64,000 nt of DNA from Oscillospiraceae bacterium (lineage in GTDB: Bacteria; Bacillota; Clostridia; Oscillospirales; SIG519): the NCBI GenBank assembly GCA_015067255.1, contig SVMS01000001.1, forward strand, positions 95,285 to 159,284, in the 5' to 3' direction. Below the pieces are notes generated by a model. It did no database searches. It worked only from the letters and a program-made list of their open reading frames with translations, and was not told where the DNA came from. Position numbers and translations under genes: made by a program. The number at the start of each line of letters is the position of its first letter. Position 1 is the stretch's first letter. Below, piece by piece: positions 55,348 to 64,000 of this stretch.

Positions 55348-55908
55348 TTATTTTTTAATACATCTGACAGTTACACGATATTCGAGATTTTTTGTACAGG
55401 TGAACAGTGTAAAGTCCCATCCGCCAGACTGCATATCAGAAACAGCCGTTTTATCTAAAAGTATAAGCTCACAAACCTCGTAGCTATGTGCTGTACCGTA
55501 AGCATCTGTAAATATAATTTCATCGCCGTTTTGAAGCTTATCAAGTGAGCCGAAATGGCTTTTATAATTGTGTGCCGCTATAATAAGGTCGTTAGTTTCG
55601 ATACTGCCTGTATAACGGCAGGGGGCAGTTTCAAGACGGTTATAGTCCCACTCATCATATACGGGAAGCTCAACCCCAAGCTTTTCAATGGTTACTTTTC
55701 CGCAAAAAGCATCGCCGCCTACTGTTATTACAGGGGCGCTATCTTTATTTATACTATTCTGAGCATTATCTAATTGACTTAAAATTTTTTCCGCCTGCTT
55801 GCCTGCATTTTTATCCTCAAGGATATTATAGATATACCATCCGCCTGCAATCAAAAGCAAAATACAGCCAATCAGCAAAAGAATTATACTGCTATTTCTT
55901 TTTGCCAT
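55348..55908 (-). CDS. Sortase (small, single N-terminal TM; class not assigned)
   Basis: Start at ATG 55908 (MAKRNSS). His in IIAAHNY, Cys in TLFTCT, Arg in RVTVRC. Confidence 0.8.
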   Translation of the reverse strand: MAKRNSSIILLLIGCILLLIAGGWYIYNILEDKNAGKQAEKILSQLDNAQNSINKDSAPVITVGGDAFCGKVTIEKLGVELPVYDEWDYNRLETAPCRYTGSIETNDLIIAAHNYKSHFGSLDKLQNGDEIIFTDAYGTAHSYEVCELILLDKTAVSDMQSGGWDFTLFTCTKNLEYRVTVRCIKK

Positions 55909-56779
55909 TTTTCTTTGCTCCAAGCTCGAAAATTCCCAGTAAAACAAATCCGATACCCGCAATAGCAATAATAACAATCGGCCACCAGTATTGACCTGTT
56001 TGCGGAAGCTTTTCTCCTACATAGGTATTGGTTACTATAAAGCCGTTTTGAAAGTCCCCGCTGTAGCTTGCTTTGTAGTCGGCAACCGCTTTTTCTCTTA
56101 CAGAATAATTGCCGTTTTTTGAAAGCTTTGTAAATGTGTGTGTCCAGCCGTTTGCTTCGCTTAAAACTGCTTCGGTTACTACGGTGTCATTTTCTAAAAG
56201 CTCAACTGTTACTGAGTCGGGGCGTTTTTTTGATGCGTTATTTCTGTCATCCCACTTTTTCACAACGTAGATATTCATTTCATTAAGATTGCTGTCCTCA
56301 ACTTTTGGAGAAGAAGAGATCTCATAATACAGCTTGCCGTTTGACTCAAAGGGAAGAAATACAATATAAGGATTAAAAGTATATTTACTGTTTTCCTGAG
56401 GGTATACAATCCAGATGCCTAAATTTAAATCAGATACTACTGCCTTTCCGTTTTCCGAAATTACAGATTTTGCGCTGACATTATTACTCTTTATATAGTC
56501 AGCAATAGTTTTCGCCGTCATTTCATTGGGAGTGTTGACAATTCCCGAAATGGATATTCCCGAATTTTCAAAAGCGTTTGTGAGATGATATCCCGTGCTA
56601 TTCAGCTCTGCAATCTGACAAAAATATACTTCCAGTCCGTTTATTTTATTTTTATCTTTGTCTTCCAACGTAACCGTTATTTTACCGCTTTCTGCTGCCG
56701 CTAAGCAAGGAAGAGTAAGGCTTATAAGCAATACAGCAATAAATATATTTTTAATTATCGTTTTCATCTGTTTGCTCAT
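55892..56779 (-). CDS. Minor (probable basal) pilin with CnaB-type domain and LPQTG sorting signal
   Basis: 295 aa. Signal peptide. VKKWDDRNNASKKRPDSVTVELLENDTVV...NGWTHTF (CnaB-like). LPQTGQ + TM + KKNGKKK. Confidence 0.75.
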   Translation of the reverse strand: MSKQMKTIIKNIFIAVLLISLTLPCLAAAESGKITVTLEDKDKNKINGLEVYFCQIAELNSTGYHLTNAFENSGISISGIVNTPNEMTAKTIADYIKSNNVSAKSVISENGKAVVSDLNLGIWIVYPQENSKYTFNPYIVFLPFESNGKLYYEISSSPKVEDSNLNEMNIYVVKKWDDRNNASKKRPDSVTVELLENDTVVTEAVLSEANGWTHTFTKLSKNGNYSVREKAVADYKASYSGDFQNGFIVTNTYVGEKLPQTGQYWWPIVIIAIAGIGFVLLGIFELGAKKNGKKK

Positions 56780-57611
56780 CTCCTTTTTCTTCTGTATTTC
56801 TTTTCATTTTGCGGATACTTTTTAACTTTTTAACAGCAATAAATATTATAAATAATCCGATAAGAGAAAACGTCATCAGATATTTCAAATCAATATTCAG
56901 CAGTTCATTGATAATTCCGTCTTCTCTTGCAGAGAGGTCAACGCCGTCAACCCGAACGCCACGCACTAAAAGACGGTGAGAGTTAACACCGTAGGGTGTG
57001 CAGGTAACAAGCGTCACGCATTCCTTACCGCTGATTACATTGAGGCGTGATACCTCTTCGGGCAAAACAACGGATATATCATCTATTTTGTACTCAAGAA
57101 CCTCGTTTAACACATGAATATAAAATCGGTCACCTATTTTAAGGTGGTCGATATTTGTAAGTAATTTAGCTGAAGGTAAGCCTGTGTGCCCCGCAAGAAC
57201 ACAATGCGTGCTTTTTCCTCCGATAGGCAGATGGCTTTCGGGCACGTGTCCGATGCCTTTTTGAAGCACGCTCTCATCAATTGAATGATAAATAACAAGA
57301 GATGCGCTTATTTTAGGTATTTCAATATATCCCATTACGCCGTTTCCTGCGGCATTTAGAACGTTTTCATATGTTAAACCAAGCTTTTGCAGTTTGTCGG
57401 GATCTGACTTATTTTCATTATAAGAAACCGCATCACTCATAGCCTTGTTAAACTGCTCGGGAGTGGTATTTTCAAAGGTTTTGCTGTAATCTCCTATAAG
57501 CTTTCGATTGAGATATTGATTATATAAATCGCTGACGGTGGGATAAAGAAAGAGGGAAAGACCGCATAGAAAAATAAACACCACTATAATTGTAGGTATA
57601 TGCTTTTTCAT
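56751..57611 (-). CDS. srtC: Class C (pilin-polymerising) sortase
   Basis: 286 aa. LAGHTGL, TLVTCTPYGVNSHRLLVRG, plus N-terminal and C-terminal TM segments typical of class C. Confidence 0.85.
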   Translation of the reverse strand: MKKHIPTIIVVFIFLCGLSLFLYPTVSDLYNQYLNRKLIGDYSKTFENTTPEQFNKAMSDAVSYNENKSDPDKLQKLGLTYENVLNAAGNGVMGYIEIPKISASLVIYHSIDESVLQKGIGHVPESHLPIGGKSTHCVLAGHTGLPSAKLLTNIDHLKIGDRFYIHVLNEVLEYKIDDISVVLPEEVSRLNVISGKECVTLVTCTPYGVNSHRLLVRGVRVDGVDLSAREDGIINELLNIDLKYLMTFSLIGLFIIFIAVKKLKSIRKMKRNTEEKGDEQTDENDN

Positions 57612-57712
57612 AGGTCTTTCCCTCCTTTCAAAAATTTGTGTTTAGAAAAAGAAATAGCTTTGCGCGGGGTGGCTGAAGAAATAAGTCGCTCCGTCAAAAA
57701 GAGTTATTTCTT

Positions 57713-59452
57713 TTATGCCACACTACTTCTTTTTCTTGAAGTAAAAAAAGCTACGGCACCTGCCATCAAAATAATACCTAAAACGGTGAAGATGGTTGTA
57801 CCCATACCACCTGTTTCGGGAAGAACAGAACCTGCTCTGTTACCGATATCCATCCAGGCAAGGAAGGTAGTTGTTTCTCCGCCGAACTTACCGATTGCGC
57901 CGTCACCTGTATGTGCGCCTACTGTTGCATTTAAAATAGAAATGTTGCCGTTAGCATCAATAGTATCGGAAATTGTAATTTCAAAACCATTTGTAGGAAG
58001 AACAAAGCCTGCGGGAGCTACAGTCTCCACAATTTTGTATGTTCCTTCTTTCAAACCGAAGATTGTGATATCACCAAGACCGCCGCCGTAGTAGTCAGCA
58101 TTTCTTACAGGATTGGGAATAGCTTCTCCGTCAAGTACCTGTATCTCATCAATTGCGCCAACTGTATTGCTGGGATCAAGAATATACATAACCTTTCCCG
58201 AAACAAAGGGGTTGGGAGTTTCAATAAACTTCAACAGAGTTTCAACACCGTTTTCGTCAACGCTGTAAATCTGGAATTTTGCGCCTGCAAGACGGTCTGT
58301 TGCAGAAACTGCATTAGTTTCGTCGATAGCAAACTTAGTCAATACAAACATATATGTATATACAGACGCATCGTCTGTTGTGCTACCTTCTTTGTCAGGC
58401 TCATTGGGGTCGTTTGAATAGTGAAGTGTTGCTGTATTTACAGTACGTCCAAGAGAGATTTCTTCGGTAACATCAGCAGTATATGTAACTACAATTTCTG
58501 TGTTTGTAGCAAGCTTATCTGCGCCAATCATAGCTGTTTGCTTCATTGTAACGCTAAATGAATTGTCTGCTTCATTTGATTCTATTGTGCAATAATCTTC
58601 GATATCAGCATCTGCAACGCCTTCGATTGAAACTTCAATAGAATCTGTGTTTAAGGAAAGACCTGCAGGAAGCTCATCAGTGATGTAGTAGTTGTACTTT
58701 GTCTTGTAATACTCATGGCTGGGAACGTGAGTTGTAACTTTGAAGGTTACTGTTTCGCCGATTTCCGAAGAGGTAGCTTCACCGTAGCTGCCGTTATTTT
58801 CAAGAACCTGTTTTGCAAGTTCAGGACGGTTTGCCTTTAAAGTAATGGAAATATCGGTATCTACTGTATCAACCATAACAGCGGAACGAACCATACTTGT
58901 TCCTGAAGTACCGAAATCGGTATCATCATATACAAGATAATAACCAAAGGGAAGGCTATCAAAGGTTACGCTGGTCTCACCTATTGCTGCACTCTTGCTG
59001 ATAACAACATCGCTGAATTTAGCAGTGTTTGCAGCTATATAGTCGTGGATTTGCTCTGCAAAAATAGAAAGTGCATAGTTTGAGTTGTGATTTTCATTGA
59101 TGTAATCTACAACTTTCTGAATGTTGTCATACTCTGCAGGAGCTTTTCCTGCTGTTACCAAGGGGTCTCCGTTAGCATCCTCTACAGTTGCAAAGAACTC
59201 ATAGAAGGGGTTAACTACGGGAGTTTTGGGGTCTGCATACCAGGAATATGCAATACTTGCATCGGCTGTTGTAGCGTAGAAAATTCTGTAAACGCTGAAG
59301 GTTTTTCCTGCCACTGTAGCTTCGGAGTTGGTAGGATTTACGATAGAAATACTGCCTTCGTTTTCGCCTGCTGCAAAAGCTATCATTGATACACAGCTTA
59401 AAATCATACAGAGGCAAAGGGTTGTTGCTAAGATTTTTTTCATTGCTTTCAT
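57713..59452 (-). CDS. Major (backbone) pilin candidate, LPETG sorting signal
   Basis: Start at ATG 59452 (MKAMKKIL) after aaggaag. Signal peptide. E-box-like YKIVETVAPAGFVL. LPETGGMGTTIFTVLGIILMAGAVAFFTSRKR. Confidence 0.75.
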   Translation of the reverse strand: MKAMKKILATTLCLCMILSCVSMIAFAAGENEGSISIVNPTNSEATVAGKTFSVYRIFYATTADASIAYSWYADPKTPVVNPFYEFFATVEDANGDPLVTAGKAPAEYDNIQKVVDYINENHNSNYALSIFAEQIHDYIAANTAKFSDVVISKSAAIGETSVTFDSLPFGYYLVYDDTDFGTSGTSMVRSAVMVDTVDTDISITLKANRPELAKQVLENNGSYGEATSSEIGETVTFKVTTHVPSHEYYKTKYNYYITDELPAGLSLNTDSIEVSIEGVADADIEDYCTIESNEADNSFSVTMKQTAMIGADKLATNTEIVVTYTADVTEEISLGRTVNTATLHYSNDPNEPDKEGSTTDDASVYTYMFVLTKFAIDETNAVSATDRLAGAKFQIYSVDENGVETLLKFIETPNPFVSGKVMYILDPSNTVGAIDEIQVLDGEAIPNPVRNADYYGGGLGDITIFGLKEGTYKIVETVAPAGFVLPTNGFEITISDTIDANGNISILNATVGAHTGDGAIGKFGGETTTFLAWMDIGNRAGSVLPETGGMGTTIFTVLGIILMAGAVAFFTSRKRSSVA

Positions 59453-59500
59453 TTGTTTTTCTTCCTTTCTTTTAATATTTTTATTTTTTGAAAGCACTTT

Positions 59501-62500
59501 CTAATTTTGGCACCTCCTTTTACAGAGGTAATATATGTAAATGCAAAAGGATAATACAATTAGCATTAAACCAAATGCATAAAACATATCAATTCCAATG
59601 CCGCCCGATTCAGGTAAGGGAATTGCCTCGGCGTTTCGGACGAGAATGTTGTAGGCTGTACCGCTTGCCTGTGCATAATAGCTTTCTTCAACGGTAACTG
59701 CGCCGCTTTCGTGAATGGTAAAATATATATATTCGGAAAGTTCAAGGTAGCCTTCGGGGGATTGCTGTTCAGTAAGCCTGTAACGGATGTCGCATTTCAG
59801 ATTATCAAAAATAAGAGTTCCGTTTTCCCCTGTTGTAGCATTCTTTGCAATTTCAGAGGAAATTACATTTCCGTTTGCATCCACCGCTTCAAGAAGGAAG
59901 GTTGCACCCTGAAGCTGCAGGCTTTTATTCATATTGGTTTTGGTAAGTCGAAGCATAACACGCTTTGTGGTGTTGGTAACGGTCAGTGTAACGTGAGGGT
60001 TGCCGTTTTCATCAGTAGACTGAATAGGTATTCCGTAGGATGCCAGCCAGTTTACAAATGAACCGTCTGCCTTTGTATGTTCTGTGCCGATTACCGTTTC
60101 TTTGATAGACCATTCAATCTTAACACCGTTTACATAGACGGGCAAATTGCTCCAGGTATGTTGCCAATTATTATCTGCGCTGAGTACCACCTGAGGCTGA
60201 ACACCTGCTATAACCGTTGTAACAAGCTTGCCGTTGGCAAGAAGCTGAAGAGTTACAGGCTGCCATTCGTTTTCGGGACAGTCCCACAGCTTTTTAGCGG
60301 TTACCGACATAGAGTCGGTACTGTTTCCCACAATAAGTATGCCGTTGACATACTTAATCATCTGACTGTTACCGCCGATAATACCGATTGTTTTATCGTC
60401 ATCAATGTAGCCGATTTCAATATTTCCTATAGGTGAATATCCCGTAGGCGCTTTAACCTCTTCAACAATAATGTTTCCGAAATCATAGCTGAAATTCTGA
60501 ATGGAAATTTCGAAATAACCGTTTGCTGTTCCGCTAAGCACCGTATGAGTGCCGTTTTGTTCATCGTATATATATCTGTCGCTTTGGCTGTCATAGCTGA
60601 ATTTCAACGGTTTTCCGTTTTGTACAAGTCTGAATGTAGCGCCGCCGATAGATACTCCTGTCAAAGCATCTTGCTTTTTAATGATAATGGAGTTACTCTT
60701 GTTATAAATATTTGTAAATTCCGCACGAAGCACCTCATCGGTACCTTCATCAAGAGCGTAGGTCATACCGCGGACTGTCAGCGATGTGCCGCTTCCTGTT
60801 ATTGACTGATTTTCGTGGGCATCTACAACGGTATATTCTGAATAAACGCTGAATTCAACGCTGGGGTCACTGAATAAGTGGGGATGCTCGGTAATTGTCC
60901 ACAGCTCGCCGTAATCGACGTTGGTAATCTCCCACATATAAGTATCAGTAGCAGAGTTGTAAGAGGTAGCATTGCTAAGATTTAAAACAGTATTTACTCC
61001 TGTTGAAACGTCGGTTGCATCAATATAGAAATCAGATTTAGCTTCGGTTATAAGCTCTTTGTTACCTGCAAAGGTCTTATAAACGTGTATAAGACCTTCC
61101 TTTTTAACAAGCTTGCCGTCAATATGCCACGCATCATCCTGCGATTTGAATACGTACCAGCGAATTGCATACTCTCTATCGTTGAGGTCCTCTGCTTTTA
61201 CAGGAACACCGTCAACAGAAAGGTAGCCCGTATTTGCGTACTGAACAAGACTTGAGAAAACGAATTCATCGCTTGGGAAGGCGCTTAGCCATACTCCGTC
61301 AGTTCTTTCACCGTACAGCGCTCTGATTTTTTGGTCGGCGCCGTAAGAGTTGTCCGCGGTTGTGTCGGCAATCCCGTATCTGTTCTGGAGAGTGCCTGTG
61401 CCGAGAGAGGTATCAACTCCGCCAACATAGGCTGCAAAAATCTCTTTTGTATATTTATTGGAGTCCTGTCCTGTAATATTTCCCTCGGTATCTACCGCCA
61501 CTGAGTCAAAACGAATAAAGAAGCTAGCTGTCTGCAAAGCGTTGTATTCCCATATAGCTGTCAGATTAATGGTTGAATCTGTGGCATATTGCATTAATTC
61601 ATCCCATACAAGAGTTGTATTGGGCTGTAAAATGATATCTGTATTCTGAATTCTCCAGCCTCTGAACTGAATTACACGGGAAAGACCTGTTGAGTTGTTT
61701 GAAACCTTGCCCGAAACACTTTGCTGAGAAACGTTCCTTATTACCGCTGAGATGCCCTCTGCAAAGCCATCGCTAACAGTTGTTACGGAAAGTCCCGCAA
61801 CAGTCGGCTTTGTGGAAACAGTTACTCCGTTTACATCCGGGAATGCAACGTTATAATTTACTCTTATGTAAGGGGGCATTTCCATAAAGACTGTATCCTT
61901 AGAAATAACAACGGATGCACCCGCTTCATATATATTTCCGTTGCCTTGCCAATCGGCATTTCCCGAAGGAAGCCTGATTGAAGTTCCCGACAAAACGACT
62001 TCTTCTCTTACAGTACCGTTAAGATACTGATAAGTAACGGTATAGAAAGGTGTTGCAGTTAAAGTGGTTTTTGAATTTACAGTAACAGTATCTCCTGCCG
62101 TATATGTATTTCTTCCGTCAGACCATTGATAATTTCCCTCGGGAATGGTTACTTCTGAGCCTGCGCGAAGAATTTTCTGATTTGAACTTCCGTCCGGATA
62201 ATAATATGATACAGTATAAAAATTAAAGGCTGTACTGGTTGCCGAATTAGTCCCCTTTGGAACAAGACGGATATATCTTACCTTTGAAGAGTTGCTGTTA
62301 CTCTGTCTTGTTGCGATAGTTGTGCTCTGGTCATCAAGAGTATATTTAGTAAAACTTGATGACTGATACCTTGAAGCCGAAATATCAAAGGATTGATAAG
62401 TGTAATCAGTATCAAGAGCCTCGTTTACGAGAGATAAAAGTCCGTCTGTAGCAACGTGAACCGAATAGTTTGAACCGCTTCCGCTTCTTGTAATATCGGT

Positions 62501-63136
62501 TGTACCAATGAATTTCCACGCGCCGTCGATATAAACATAAACATTGGCAACCATTCCGCTTGTGGCAGGTTTTCCTCCGATATCGACAGCAAAAGTTTGC
62601 GCTGTATTTTGATTCTGATTACCTACCGCAAGCATCTGAACGCTGTTAATGTTTTCATTGAGAACGATATCGGGTAAATTTTCTTCATCGGAAATTGTAT
62701 TATTAAGTTCCTCTACCGTATCACGGGTAAGCGGCACCTCATTATTCGTATCAGAATTTGGACTGTTTATGTTGGAATTAAAGGTTAAAGCCGTAGACAT
62801 AGTATCCGTAATGACATTTTCAAGAGAATGGTCATCATTGTCACCAATCAAGGTAAGAATTTCGTTAATGTCATTTTCCTTTAAAAGAACGATATAACAG
62901 TTACCGTCATGAGTGTGCGCCGTTTTGTCGCAAGTAAGAAAATCTCCGTTATAGCAAGAGTCTGTGTGAGTATGCTCCTCTATTCCGCAACGGATTTCCT
63001 GTTCTAAAGCCACCGCGTGAGTAACGCTGAGAAAAAACAAAAACACACAGGAGGCAACACAGAAAAGCGTACATACTGTATAGAACAAAATGTTTCTGAT
63101 ATTCAATTGTAATTTGTTGCTTTTAAAAGCATCCAT
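59501..63136 (-). CDS. Large tip-adhesin-type pilin with LPESG sorting signal
   Basis: 1211 aa. N-terminal TM/signal. Two Cys/His repeats (CGIEEHTHTDSCY, CDKTAHTHDGNCY). Listeria-Bacteroides-repeat-like modules (YTVSYYYPDGS..., YTVTYQYLNGT...). C-terminal CnaB/SpaA-type domains (YRLTEQQSPEGYL). LPESGGIG + TM + KRRCQN. Confidence 0.8.
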   Translation of the reverse strand: MDAFKSNKLQLNIRNILFYTVCTLFCVASCVFLFFLSVTHAVALEQEIRCGIEEHTHTDSCYNGDFLTCDKTAHTHDGNCYIVLLKENDINEILTLIGDNDDHSLENVITDTMSTALTFNSNINSPNSDTNNEVPLTRDTVEELNNTISDEENLPDIVLNENINSVQMLAVGNQNQNTAQTFAVDIGGKPATSGMVANVYVYIDGAWKFIGTTDITRSGSGSNYSVHVATDGLLSLVNEALDTDYTYQSFDISASRYQSSSFTKYTLDDQSTTIATRQSNSNSSKVRYIRLVPKGTNSATSTAFNFYTVSYYYPDGSSNQKILRAGSEVTIPEGNYQWSDGRNTYTAGDTVTVNSKTTLTATPFYTVTYQYLNGTVREEVVLSGTSIRLPSGNADWQGNGNIYEAGASVVISKDTVFMEMPPYIRVNYNVAFPDVNGVTVSTKPTVAGLSVTTVSDGFAEGISAVIRNVSQQSVSGKVSNNSTGLSRVIQFRGWRIQNTDIILQPNTTLVWDELMQYATDSTINLTAIWEYNALQTASFFIRFDSVAVDTEGNITGQDSNKYTKEIFAAYVGGVDTSLGTGTLQNRYGIADTTADNSYGADQKIRALYGERTDGVWLSAFPSDEFVFSSLVQYANTGYLSVDGVPVKAEDLNDREYAIRWYVFKSQDDAWHIDGKLVKKEGLIHVYKTFAGNKELITEAKSDFYIDATDVSTGVNTVLNLSNATSYNSATDTYMWEITNVDYGELWTITEHPHLFSDPSVEFSVYSEYTVVDAHENQSITGSGTSLTVRGMTYALDEGTDEVLRAEFTNIYNKSNSIIIKKQDALTGVSIGGATFRLVQNGKPLKFSYDSQSDRYIYDEQNGTHTVLSGTANGYFEISIQNFSYDFGNIIVEEVKAPTGYSPIGNIEIGYIDDDKTIGIIGGNSQMIKYVNGILIVGNSTDSMSVTAKKLWDCPENEWQPVTLQLLANGKLVTTVIAGVQPQVVLSADNNWQHTWSNLPVYVNGVKIEWSIKETVIGTEHTKADGSFVNWLASYGIPIQSTDENGNPHVTLTVTNTTKRVMLRLTKTNMNKSLQLQGATFLLEAVDANGNVISSEIAKNATTGENGTLIFDNLKCDIRYRLTEQQSPEGYLELSEYIYFTIHESGAVTVEESYYAQASGTAYNILVRNAEAIPLPESGGIGIDMFYAFGLMLIVLSFCIYIYYLCKRRCQN

Positions 63137-63160
63137 TACAAGCCATCTCTTTGTTGGATT

Positions 63161-63700
63161 TTATTTTACATCGCCAAAAGGCTTTAATGAGAATATCACT
63201 TTTCCCAAAAGTCTGTCTTTAGTTACTGTGCCAATTTCCGAAAGTCTGCTATCCATAGCAACATCACGGTTATCTCCTAAAACAAAATATGAATTTGCAG
63301 GCACGTTATAAGGGAAATTAAGATTACTTTGTCCTAAAGTTTTATTCTCAATATAGTTTTCTTCAAGCTCTTTACCGTTTATTGATACAGTTCCGAAAAC
63401 ATCAATGGTAACCTGATCGTTTCCCGAAGCAATAACTCTGCGCACAATTACTTTATTATTATAATAAAAAGCTATGATATCGCCGTTTTCAATTTTTGCC
63501 ATCTTGTTTACAATTAAAATCTGTCCGTCTTTAAGTGTTGGCGACATACTGTTTCCGTAATATTTTACAACAGGCATAATAAAAGTAAATAAATTGAGCA
63601 AAAGAGAAGCAGTGACAATAACTGTGAGAACAATTGTTAATGCTTTTTTAAAAACCTGACTTTTAAAAAAGTTCTGTCTCGGTGCTGAATGCTTACCCAT
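63161..63700 (-). CDS. Type I signal peptidase homologue linked to the pilus operon (SipA-like)
   Basis: 179 aa. RBS aggag. N-terminal TM. Box B YGNSMSPTL, box E GDNRDVAMDSR. The box D position reads VIVRRVIASGND (Arg where Lys is expected). Confidence 0.8.
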   Translation of the reverse strand: MGKHSAPRQNFFKSQVFKKALTIVLTVIVTASLLLNLFTFIMPVVKYYGNSMSPTLKDGQILIVNKMAKIENGDIIAFYYNNKVIVRRVIASGNDQVTIDVFGTVSINGKELEENYIENKTLGQSNLNFPYNVPANSYFVLGDNRDVAMDSRLSEIGTVTKDRLLGKVIFSLKPFGDVK

Positions 63701-63801
63701 AATTTTCTCCTAAAAACAAAAATACAGATAATATCTTTAATATCCTGTAATAAGTTTGTTTTTTAAGTTTTTTATAAAAAAATGCTAATGTCCCACATTT
63801 C

Positions 63802-63830
63802 ATAATATCATATAATTCGAATAATATCAA
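63802..63830 (-). promoter_or_regulatory. Candidate sigma-A promoter of the pilus operon
   Basis: On the minus strand: TTGATA (63830-63825), 17-nt spacer ending TGa, TATTAT (63807-63802). Confidence 0.5.
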
Positions 63831-63863
63831 GTTTTTTTCGGCAGTTATCTAAACAAAAAGAGG

Positions 63864-63901
63864 CTGTAAAAAACTTTTTCGTTTTTTACAGTCCCTTTTT
63901 T
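63864..63901. terminator. Bidirectional-looking terminator insulating the pilus operon from the right flank
   Basis: ctgtaaaaaac-tttttc-gttttttacag with a T-run on the plus side and, on the minus strand, cctctttttg. Confidence 0.6.
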
Positions 63902-64000
63902 GGGGGATAGGAAAATCAAGCAGAATCTGTCAATTTCGCGCCGGCAAAGCCTTGTCGGCGGTTTAGGGTAGAGCGAATAATCCGAATACGTTTTAAAAAG

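Noticed and set aside
1-64000. rRNA, tRNA, tmRNA or known riboswitch genes
   Set aside because: The intergenic gaps are short and are accounted for by promoters, terminators and hairpin repeats. I saw no cloverleaf-compatible or rRNA-like sequence, though I could run no scanning tool.

Overview
This is a chromosomal segment from a low-GC, spore-forming Firmicute. It is Clostridia-like: whiA, spoIIE, pyruvate:ferredoxin oxidoreductase and dockerin-like modules are all present. All calls come from reading the sequence and ORF track by eye. No searches were run, so family names are motif-based.

Layout:
- 0.3-22.2 kb is a plus-strand glycan-type locus. It encodes an HTH-less LacI-type sensor domain, an AraC regulator with a degenerate receiver, and an orphan lipoprotein solute-binding protein. 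It also encodes three giant surface proteins (1277, 1352 and 1261 aa), two right-handed beta-helix (Pectate_lyase_3-type) proteins and a cytoplasmic GH2 beta-mannosidase-like enzyme. The three giant proteins share an unassigned domain of about 250 aa.
- 22.6-24.3 kb holds an ECF S-component and a type II pantothenate kinase.
- 24.6-47 kb is housekeeping: PBP1A, dCMP deaminase, YjbQ, Xaa-Pro peptidase, WhiA, a GHL10-amidase lipoprotein, SpoIIE, an HD dGTPase-like gene, an amino-acid ABC transporter, RadA and PFOR.
- 47-55 kb holds a Wzz-like protein, a small phage-type regulator, a DMP19-like protein, a GH38 alpha-mannosidase, rsmD, coaD and an mtlD-like gene.
- 55.3-63.7 kb is a minus-strand sortase-dependent pilus operon.

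The most unusual signal is non-coding. Intergenic gaps are filled with arrays of short, near-perfect hairpins. Four copies belong to a modular repeat built on GTGATAT/ATATCAC heptamers separated by hairpin spacers that differ in sequence but stay palindromic. Two convergent-gene gaps look like terminator stems split open by these arrays.

Other points of interest:
- A near-identical 63-bp module pair in inverted orientation, 15.9 kb apart.
- A high-identity tract shared by the two giant paralogues.
- A split sensor/regulator pair.
- A pilus-linked signal peptidase with Arg at the expected catalytic Lys position.

I recognised no rRNA, tRNA, CRISPR array, transposase or integrase.
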